From assembly GCF_006345805.1 (NCBI RefSeq), contig NC_043001.1:86862001-86926000 (forward strand): a stretch of 64,000 bases of DNA, in the 5' to 3' direction. The position numbers and the translations under genes were made by a program. The notes under the pieces are model-generated. The model ran no database searches. It was given only the letters and a program-made list of their open reading frames with translations, and was not told the origin of the DNA. This stretch comes from Octopus sinensis (taxonomy: Eukaryota). Numbering within the stretch: the first letter of the stretch is position 1; every line of letters starts with the position of its first letter. Shown piece after piece: positions 54,258 to 64,000 of this stretch.

Positions 54258-54560
54258 ATGTTCGAGTTTGGAAGCTCTTGCTAGGGAAAGAGAGCTATGT
54301 CGTTGGTGTGCTGGTGAAAGATGGTGTTTCTTTTTATCACCGCGTGTGTTGTGCTTAAAAGCGTGTTTATATTCTTGAATGTGATAACGTGTAGAATTAG
54401 ATTATTTTCTTGCTTCCACTGTTGCCGCCAGGATTTGAAAAATAGGGCAGATTCGCCACCCCTTATTTTGTAATTTAGGAGGGATTTTTGAAAAACAAGG
54501 GGGAATTCGCGGCGGTGTTCAGTGAACAAATTAAACACACTACCAGGCAGTGGTTAAAAC
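54258..54560 (-). other. Candidate non-coding 5' exon of the minus-strand gene (upstream boundary approximate)
   Basis: Consensus donor CAT|gtgagt on the minus strand (exon ends at 54258). CpG-rich unique sequence. The frame entering the donor in phase 0 has no ATG after an upstream TAA. Confidence 0.5.
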
Positions 54561-54829
54561 GCGAACCGATCGAGTTTATGTATAAATTTTCTTTTTATAT
54601 GTTTGTTTCCTTTTACACAATATTAAACAACGGCTAAACATTTTCTGAAGCAGCAGCCCCCACTAATCTTATCTACGAGCCGCCACAGTTCATCGCTGAC
54701 ATATCTAAGACACCTACGTAATTGAAACCATCCTATTAATTAGTAACGTGGCATAGTGTTTGGTCGTCTTTCCATTAAACGTAACAATCACAGGAAGCAC
54801 TCACACACATACATGCGCACACACACAGA

Positions 54830-54871
<42 letters not shown>

Positions 54872-54930
54872 GTGGCCACCCTGTATGGTCCGGATAATTC
54901 CGACTACGCTACCCTTTATTAGACAAGTTC

Positions 54931-55149
54931 TCTTTTACTCTTTCACTTGTTTAAGTCATTTGACTGTGGCCATGCTGGAGCACCGCCTTAAGTCGAGCAA
55001 ATCGACCCCAGAACTTATTCTTTGTGAGCCTAGTATTTATTCTATCGGTCTCTTTTGCCAAACCGTTAATTTATGGGGACGTAACCACACCAGCATCGGT
55101 TGTCAAGCGATGTTGGGGGGGGGGGGCAAACACAGACACACATATATAC

Positions 55150-55183
<34 letters not shown>

Positions 55184-55360
55184 GCATTCATACATGCATG
55201 CATACATACATACATACATACATACATACATACGACGGGCCCCTTTCAGTTTCCGTCGGCCGAGGCTATAGTAGAAGACACTTGCCCAAGGTGCCACACA
55301 GTGGGACTGAACCCGGAACCATGTGGTTCGTAAGCAAGTTACTTACCACACAGCCACTCC
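54931..55360 (-). mobile_element. SINE family A copy with CpGs intact
   Basis: Reverse complement of family A, lying just upstream of the minus-strand promoter. Confidence 0.85.
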
Positions 55361-55581
55361 AACGTTCGTTCACATTTTTTAACACAACCAGAACCCACAA
55401 CTCAAAATCTTCCACGTGATTCTGATACCGAGCCACACTACAACTGCACAAGCAAAGAACACGGCCCACAACTCATGGAAAAACACACCGACCCTTACCA
55501 ACTAGACGATATTCTTCGTGTAGCAGTAGCTCCTATGATTATCATTCGTATGGCAAAAGATGCTTCCCTTCACCGCACACC

Positions 55582-56000
55582 ATACCTATTTCTTTACTAC
55601 CCACAAGGGGCTAAACACAGAGAGGACAAATAAGGACAGGCAAACGGTTTAAGTTGATTATATCGACCCCAGTGCGTAACTGGTACTTATTTAATCGACC
55701 CCAAAATGATGAAAGGCAAAGTTGACCTCGGCGGAATTGGAGCTCAGAACCTAGCGGCAGACGAAATACCTATTTCTTTACTAACCACAAGGGGCTAAAC
55801 ACAGAGAGGACAAACAAGGACAGACAAACGGTTTAAGTTGATTATATCGACCCCAGTGCGTAACTGGTACTTATTTAATCGACCCCAAAATGATGAAAGG
55901 CAAAGTCGACCTCGCCTGAATTTGAACTCAGACGTAGTGGCAGACGAAATACTGCTAAGTATTTCGCCCGGCGTGCTAACGTTTCTGCCAGCTCGCCGCC
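55582..56000 (-). mobile_element. SINE family B tandem dimer (184-bp period)
   Basis: atacctatttctttact occurs at 55582 and 55766; the junction is the same as in the 35 kb dimer. Confidence 0.85.
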
Positions 56001-56229
56001 TTCCTGCACACCATACCAGTAGCGTAAATAGAATGTATGCTGCTTGGGACAGACCTTAAGTTGGCTATACCCCTCTCCGTCTGGATTCCCTAAGCCTATA
56101 CAGGCTCATACAGTAGATCTATAACTGCAGCTCCTGTAAAAGTTTCGCCTGGCGCGGACCGCCCACTTAGCTACACTACTGCATCTTGTAAACACTCCCA
56201 ATTTCCCGAAATGATCCTTTGCTGAGAGG

Positions 56230-56404
56230 ATTCCCTCTAACTCTGTAGAATCCTTCTACCCACTACTCTTCAAGAATGACGGCGCAGTAAGCAATACTTC
56301 TATAGAGAAATCTTCCGCTTTTGCTACGTTTTGCGTCAAACTCCAAAATACATTAATTCTTCCTCAAACGTCATCGAAACCTTCCATATTCCACAACTTT
56401 CTCT

Positions 56405-56479
<75 letters not shown>

Positions 56480-56900
56480 TACACACACACACATTAAATG
56501 TTGTGCCTGCGTGTTGTCCAATTGTTTCATGTTAACGAAGCCACCGGTATTATTTCTGTTAACCTCAAACTGTACGTTCCAGAACTAGCCATTGTCCTTG
56601 CCAAATTCTTCAGTTCCTCTCTAAACGCATCTGTCCCATTATTAAGGAACATGCTATCCTGTATCATATCCCAAGTAAGGCAACGTTTCTGATATTGCCG
56701 ACTTCTGACTCATCTCTTTTACTTTCGACATCTCAAAAATTATGAAAACTGCAGTTAACAGTCATCTCCAAATCTGAGTGTGTATTCCTCCTCCACGACT
56801 TCCAGTACTATTTACGTAAAGCTAGACCTACACGGCACTGACGTCACACACTATGGTCTCGTACTCTTAAATTGTTCACTTAAAACAATGTCGTAGTATA
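56230..56900 (+). mobile_element. Decayed CR1-like LINE fragment, interrupted by (CT)n
   Basis: GIISVNLKLYVPELAIVLAKFFSSSL resembles the CR1 GPDGI...LK-x-CAPELA...LF...SL region upstream of the RT domain. Confidence 0.65.
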
Positions 56901-57600
56901 TGTTAACCGTGTCTCGTATGATAACTTCCAAAACTAAGCCACCCACTGCTGGGCTTCCTGTCTGTTCACACTATCACAGCGTGTGTTGGTAGGACACTCT
57001 CGGATGTACACCTTAGTTATATCAATAAACTAAAAAGGTGGACTATGTCTCCCACATTCTTCCTCTGCTTTCTACCACTTCCTACAGAAATGATCTTTCT
57101 GCTACTTCCTACAGAAATGATCTGCTTTCAGCCACTTCCTACAACGCATACTATTATCTAGATATTGTTCTTCTTCATGCTTCCTGAATTTACCGCGCAC
57201 TGACGTCACATACACGCAACCTAAACATCACACACCAAGAATGCACTGCAACCAAAGAAATATTAAAAAATATCCGAGAATGGAAACAAAACAATCAAGT
57301 CTCTTTCAGCAATGCGAATACATTCATTTCACTATACATAACAAGGAAATGATATAGTACCTCATCACCACATGGACAAATCGCAATTAAAAGCCTCAAA
57401 ATCGCTTTAACTTCTAGACTTCACAATTTCTGTGAAACTTTCCAAATGACCCAAAGTCCTTTCCTTGAGGACGGAAAAACTTTCGGCTCTAACAATTGTG
57501 AACTCCCTACATAACTCAAGCGAGACTCACAATGAAGTGTTGCTTTCACATCTAAGATGCAGCTGATGCTACACTCAAAAATATTCAAGACTGTATCCAA

Positions 57601-58002
57601 AATATATTTTTATGTTTAAAGCTGAAGTTTTCTGTGTGTGTGGCATGTTTGGTAGCCTTAAACTAACACTATCTCCTCCGAGACCCTGCGGTGCAAGTTG
57701 ACCAAAATTGAGAGTATGATAGAAGGCTTGCTCTTCATTCCGAAGAAGAAAAAATTCAAATCGGATCATGTTAACACCAAAAATTATTTACATCAAAAGG
57801 GTGCTTTCTTTCTATGAAAGTCCCTATCTTTTACGATTTTTTGACAGCTGTGTCGCCAGTTTTCGGTGTATTTCAACCAGAAAAATGTTCACTTAAAGAG
57901 AATAACAAGATACATAAGGCAAAATTTTTACTTTTCAAAAATTCCAATTCAAAAGGGTCGAAAAGAAAATAAACCCGAGCAACGCCGGGCTATACTGCTA
58001 GT
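57601..58002 (-). mobile_element. Non-autonomous Helitron/Helentron-like (DINE-type) element
   Basis: The minus strand begins ACTAGCAGTATAGCCCGGCGTTGCTCGGG (ACTAG terminus plus a subterminal CCCG...CGGG hairpin) and is inserted in a TA-rich site. Family assignment is from recalled similarity. Confidence 0.6.
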
Positions 58003-58332
58003 ATATATATAAATATACAATCGTGTTGATTCGTTGTTTTTCTCTTTGCCTGCGTAAAAAAGTGTGTTACTATCGTGGAGATTCTTATAGTAGTAGAAAA
58101 GGAATTTTTAGCTCCTATTTCTAAATTCGGTATGTGGTGAAGCAATTAGCTGACTCCTAATTATAATTATGTTTATAATTATAGAATATTTGTATAATAT
58201 TACCTATAAAGGTTATTTTAACGTACCGAGCTACTTGGTAAAATTATCAATTAATTGATTGATTAATTAATTAATTTGATTAATTAATTTTACCCTTTTA
58301 TTATTAATTTGAAATTTATATATATATATCAC

Positions 58333-58349
58333 ATTTATGTGTTTACTCC

Positions 58350-58420
<71 letters not shown>
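58333..58420. repeat. (TA)n microsatellite. Others: (TA)n at about 13204, 22637, 27579, 46461, 46703, 48277; (CA)n 16681; (CT)n 56401; (GT)n 62603; (GTT)n(GAG)n 62102
   Basis: Directly visible simple repeats. Confidence 0.95.
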
Positions 58421-58422
<2 letters not shown>

Positions 58423-58833
58423 AGCTGATTATCAAGAACTCACCAACACAGTTTAATCTCAATGTTACGGATGTCCTGTCTCCTCGTCCTGTCTCCTCGC
58501 CCTGCCTGTTTTATACAACAGCTTATATCTCTTGAGACGAGCTAGTTGCATAACATATATCCAAGCCCAATTAGCACACCAGTCACTCCCCATCCACCAC
58601 AACTACTATATCTCATTACTCCAGCACAGCACTAATCATTGCGCCAGATCTTTCCTTTCCAGAATGTCATCCCTGGAATTCCTTTTCCTGTGCCTGTTCC
58701 CACCACCACCACCACATATACACTCTTTTTTTCTACACAAGTTAAGTATAAACCTCATCTATTTCACCATCCTCGAAATGTTTGCAGAAGTCTATCGTGT
58801 AGCCCTTTCTTCCTGACTAAAGTATAAAAATAT

Positions 58834-59310
58834 GGAATCTCTTCAGTTTGGCTCACAAATTTATTATTATTATTTTTTAAAACTAAACAGCTTGAAACTT
58901 CGTATACTGGTGTAATTTCTCCAGCTGAATGCGGTTTACCTCCAACGTTTTTGACAAAATTTCGTATTTTACAAGTTATTTCGTGGTAAAGATGTCGTAT
59001 TTGGGTAATTTTAACCAACCAACGACGTGTATTCAGCCAAAGAAACCTATTGCTGTTTGCGATAGTAATCGAAGAGCAACAATTTCCGGGTCATCTCTAC
59101 TACTTCAACTGAATACACGTCGTTGAATGGTTAAAATTACTCAAATACGACAACTTTAACACGAAATAACTTCTAAAATACGAAATTTTCTTTAAAATGT
59201 TGAGAGTAAACCGTGTTCAGCGTGAGAAATTACACCAGTATATGAAGTTTCAAACTGTTATTAAAAAAATAAAATAAAATTTTAAAATCTAAGCCAAACT
59301 GAAAAGATCC
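58834..59310. mobile_element. Foldback/MITE element with about 200-bp inverted arms and a 72-bp spacer
   Basis: 58834-59036 is the reverse complement of 59109-59310 (for example tatactggtgtaatttctc and caacgacgtgtattcag). A related fragment occurs at about 2645-2830. Confidence 0.85.
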
Positions 59311-60847
59311 AAAATATGTCCTACCTTATTTCAAGATCATTCTGGGGAAGGCAATGCGCTGGAACAGTTTCCCATTCTGTACGCTAAGCCCATTCATGGA
59401 ATCGAGTTCAGAACTACAAGCAAACTAAATATCATAAGATATATCGTGTTTCTCTGAGTGTTGACTATAATGTGACCCAGTAGGGTATGGAAAAAGGAGG
59501 ATATATGACACAATAAGAGTTATCTTTAAAATAGAGAGGGCGAAAGAGCAAGTTCAAACTGTATGTGACACACCTTCTACAAGCTCGTCCCGCAATATTT
59601 GGGAAGAATGAACATAAGTGTTAACGTCAAGGACATTAGCAATGATGTCGACCTCGGGTGAGGAACCACCTTTGTGGCACAATACGAGTAGGTGGTCGAC
59701 TAAGACCATCATGAACTTATAAATCCTCGTGACTCCGTAAGACCAGAAAACAATACCAGAAGGTACCAAGAGGAAGAATTTAAAACTTAGCAGCCAACAT
59801 AGACAGCCAAACGACAACAAGACCAGCTTAAAGGTTTTCTTCAAAGAAAAATAAAAGGTCCCGACAACGATATAAAACTATTATAAAAATAGAATCACAT
59901 GCGGTCGCATTGTGTAGGGAATACAATCGCACGCGGTTCTACTCTTAACGAATTATTCAAAGCCATAAAATACATACAGCGGCAATAGAACACAAGTGGA
60001 ATGACAATAAGATTTCTTTTTGAGATATATACATTATTTATTTTACATATTTTACAATCATGCTGATGTTGGGAGTTTTTGTGTCTGTGTGTTCGCGAGG
60101 CATAAAAGGTACTGACCATAGGATTAACCACGGAACTCGGTTTACAGTTCATGTTGTTTGTATCAGTATAGCACAAGCAGTAGCAGAAACCATCGCCTAT
60201 CTCTAAGTTGAGCAGTAGGTGGTCTAAGTTAGTTCTTAGAATAACTAGAACTCAAGACAGATCATTGATTTACCGTTTATGAGGTACACGGAGTGTAAGA
60301 GTTCCATATCAAGATGTTGCGTCTCGTAGTTGAGATTAATTGAATCACTTGTTGTGTTTTATCTTTCTCTTGATATGAATATACTTCCAGATATATTAAC
60401 TGTAGCCGTTTTTCCCGTGGTGATATTTTCACCTAACCGCTATAGTTGAATCTGTAGTTGTCTTGTGTACAAATTAAACCTTAGTAGATAGAGACGATGT
60501 TTGGCGATGAGTTGTGTCTGTCGCTTGGTTTTTGCTGCGTCTTCATTATATATTCTGCTTGGTTATTTTTCTCTAGTTATAGATATCCTGTAACCGTTCT
60601 TTTCGTGGTGATATTTTCACACTAACAGTATGAGAGGAATCTGTAACATCTTGTATACAAGCTAAATCTTCGTGGATAGTTATGCTTGGTGATCGCCTGC
60701 CTTTCGAACCGGAACATAGTTGGTATGCTTTGTGTGGTCAGAGATCCGCCCTGAAAAGGACTGTAACCTAAGACGAGCTCTGTGGTCAGAGGTTAGTCCT
60801 GAGAAGGACTAGAACCAAAGACGGATATTTGTCTGAGAACACTTCTT

Positions 60848-60960
60848 TTATATAAGGTTTATCTGGCTCAAAACGAACTTCAGAAATGGAAAGCTGTGAT
60901 TGGCTGCTTGGAACAAATGGTGCGAAAATAAGCGGAGGCAAATCGCGTCACGTGACAACC
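60848..60960 (+). promoter_or_regulatory. Promoter-like cluster: TATA-like tatataag, inverted CCAAT (ATTGG 60899-60903), GTCACGTGAC E-box/CLEAR (60947-60956)
   Basis: Exact motifs clustered within about 110 bp of CpG-rich unique sequence. Orientation is inferred from a plus-strand donor at 61520. Confidence 0.55.
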
Positions 60961-61690
60961 AGCGGTGCGAACGTAGTAGAGACCACATGTCAGCTAATCG
61001 GATCAGTGTTTACAACAATGTTAAACTAGCCGAAGATGTTTGTAATCTCGAACGAGATTATTCTTAGTACTCTTCTCAAACAGTGAAGATAGCAATGAGG
61101 GAAACGATATTGCTATACTATCAAAATATACGAGGAGTTAGTACACCTCCTGTGACAAGGAGACTCTTTCTCTGTGACGGAAGTACTAATTGTAGTGGAA
61201 AGAAGCCCATATCCTGTAAAGAAGAGCCAGCTTCCTCAACGAAAGAAATGAAATTCACAATTCCTCGTAAGATAAAAAAAAGCTTTTATAAGGCACTTAC
61301 ACAATAAACACAAGGAATATACAGATGTATTACGAGACGGAAAAGAAATTGTATCACATTTCAAACAGCATAAAAAGACAGAATATTAGTACAAATTTCG
61401 GATAGACATTGGTATTATAAGTCAAGGACTCAGAAGATGTGGACTGGCACACGGCAAAACCGGAAACCTGCAGCTTTGAACAATACTGGAAGGAAGTGGG
61501 TATGAACAAGACCGGAAACGTAAGTTGTACTGATCAATGCAAGGGTGTTTATTTTAATATTTAATATTTAAGTTTATTTTAATAAAGAGATCGTTTTTTT
61601 TTTTATTATTATAGTGTTTTATCATACTCTTTATTTATTCCAAGTAAATAATTGTCGGAATAATTTTTTAAACTTATATAGTGGAAAACG

Positions 61691-61927
61691 TGGAGGCGCG
61701 TGGTTTAGTGGTTAGGGTGTCACCACCATGATCGTAAGATTGTGGTTTCGATTCCTGGACCGGGCGACGCGTTGTGTTTTTGAGCAAAACGCTTCATTTC
61801 ACGTTGCTCCAGTTCACTCGGCTGGCAAAAATGAGTAACGCTGCGATGGATTGGCGTCCCGTCCAGCTGGGGAACACATACGCCATAGAAACCGGGAAAC
61901 CGGGCCCATGAGCCTGGCTAGGCTTTA
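61691..61927 (+). mobile_element. tRNA-derived SINE, family C
   Basis: The head tggaggcgcgtggtttagtggttagggtg...gtggtttcgattcc carries A and B boxes; the 3' end matches 6295-6380. Confidence 0.8.
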
Positions 61928-62101
61928 CAAGGGCACATTTATTGATTTATTTATTTATTCATATTGGATAACGTCTTCACCTCTACCCACCCCTGTTTTG
62001 TATAACTTGTCTGTTCCAGTTCAAACAATTTTGTAGGCGCCCTGTTCAACGTTTCTCCGTATTTTTGTGCATCTCTTCGAGCCATTGCAGCTTCGAGAAA
62101 G

Positions 62102-62132
<31 letters not shown>

Positions 62133-62620
62133 GAGGAGGAGGAGGAGGAGGAGGAATACACCAAGAGTTTCATGCTTTTCGAAACAAGAATCAGGTACAT
62201 ATCAGAAAATATGCATAAAATATCTCGAAATGTTTGTAAAAACCTTCAGAATATTTACAAGCCCTAGTTTTTCAATTCGCTGTAACATTCCTAAATCTAT
62301 CCTAATAAGTAATCTGTCAATATATCTTTACAGAGGTACTTGTGTTTGATAGACACGTGACTTAACTGCCATAAGGCTTTTAATTGAATATACCATAAGT
62401 TTTTAATTCAACATTTCCACCGGCGCAGGCATGACTGCGTGGTTAAGAAGCTCGCTTTGCAACTAGTTACTTTCTAGCTTAGTCTCACAGTGCAAGTATA
62501 TATACATACTTCAAGTATAGACCAATGTATTCTACTATAGCCCGGAGCCGATTAACGCAGAATGAATGAATTTGGTAGACGGAAACTGTGCGGAAGTGTA
62601 TCGTGTGTGTGTTTGTGTGT

Positions 62621-62687
<67 letters not shown>

Positions 62688-64000
62688 GTGTGTGTGTGTG
62701 TGATATGTTTCAGCGGTTTAGAGTCCATTGTCAGAAGAAAGAGTAATCAATACTATTGCTTATTGCTGCTCTGGAACTCTGAAGTTTCGCTTGTATCATA
62801 ACTTACCTGATGGCTCTGTGAATATAAAAAGCAAAACTCCAGGAGTCCAAGGTTGTAAAAGATTGAATCTTGTGCATGTGAGTGAGCGTGTATTTGTGTT
62901 TGTGATTGTCAAACCCCACAGTGAAGTAAACCATCCAACACCAGTTGGATGGTTTGTTTCCTTGTGACTTAGTGGTTCGATAAACGGATTCCGATAGAAT
63001 AAGTACCAGACTTAAAAATAAAAAAAAGATACTGGGGTCGATTTGTTCGACTAAAAGCCTTCAAGGCAGTACCCCAACATGGTCGCAGCCCAATGACTGA
63101 AACGGGTAAAAAATAAAAGATGTTACAATATAAAGACCCTGAAAATGAGAGATGTCAAGCGTTTAATCTAACCACGAATAAATAAGGTATCAAAGGAATA
63201 GAGGTTTGTAGTCTATTTTTAGCCCTATACTGTACCTTAACTTGCAATGGCCCAGTGCAACTAACAAAATAAAAAGCAGTGTTACATGCAGTATCAGCAA
63301 AATAAAACTTACGAGTGTCATGGTAATTTCCAGCACTGAGATAGTTCTATTCCTACTCTTAATTTCAGCGCTACAATCAAAGATTGGACAGGAAAAGGAA
63401 TTCGTGAAAGTAATGAGTAAGCATTACTTTGTATCATTAATACAAAATATTATACACCACTAATCTAATGTCAGTCATACGATTGGAGAAAGTAAATCGT
63501 GAGCAGAATTCAAATGACTTAAGTTGCATAACTGCGTGCCATAATAAAATTCGTCTTTAAATTCCTACTCTGGATATAATCATATAAAGCTGATCATGAG
63601 AGAAGCATACATTGATCTTTAGCTTGATGCCAAACCTCAAAAGCAGTTAGCCTTCTTCTTTGTGAGTTATAAGACCAGAGAATAGTTTGAAAGAAAATTC
63701 ATGCATTTTTCTTCATTCTCCCACACTATATTTTTCTCTCCCTCTTTCTTTCATAGATTCTCTTTACAAATCTCTGACTCTGTTCGGAGATGCAGCGAAC
63801 ACATTTTCTCCCTCTTTGCGACACACTTTCTTTTCCTTATTTCTCTTCCCTTTTCACATCAATGAAAGAGAGATAGAACTAAAAGACTTACGAGCACTTA
63901 CATACCATGAGTAATATTGTGAGGTTGTCATTGTTTTCTAACCAATGCCAACCGTCTTTTATTTAGGAATAAAGAGAAGGAAAGTAGCAAGTATGTAAAT

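Noticed and set aside
57455-57525. Minus-strand CTTGAG...GAAA...TC-CTCAAG, a hammerhead-like outline
   Set aside because: The CUGAUGA core is absent and stems II and III do not pair.
57060-60830. Short tandem units considered as possible CRISPR-like arrays
   Set aside because: Only 2-3 units each, no unique spacers of constant length, no cas genes, and a eukaryotic context.

Overview
AT-rich animal genomic DNA, not prokaryotic. I found no CRISPR arrays, rRNA genes or intact tRNA genes. The dense tRNA-derived SINEs, RTE/CR1 LINE remnants, TTAA-flanked MITEs and (TA)n/(CA)n microsatellites resemble repeats I recall from Octopus genomes; this is an inference and needs a BLAST check. About 1-54.5 kb looks like the 5' half of one large minus-strand gene. 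It has a non-coding exon ending at 54258, a first coding exon (ATG at 49519, MDTENHCLKTGYLLKQ, resembling a PH-domain beta-1 strand), a second exon at 38542-38596 and weaker downstream exon candidates. I could not identify the gene. Unique sequence is CpG-poor from 1 to about 45 kb (gene-body methylation footprint) and CpG-rich from there to the end. The CpG-rich part holds CTCF-like, DRE, CRE, CCAAT and CLEAR/E-box motifs and a probable second, divergent plus-strand promoter near 60.9-61.5 kb. Nearly all ORFs in the supplied track are chance, low-complexity or repeat-derived. The items most worth checking are a degenerate type I hammerhead ribozyme at 34374-34421, a 57-bp near-perfect intronic hairpin, a uORF created across a splice junction, a candidate alternative first exon with a hydrophobic N-terminus, a convergent CTCF-like motif pair and SINE dimers that share one junction. 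I see no well-supported wholly new biological system.
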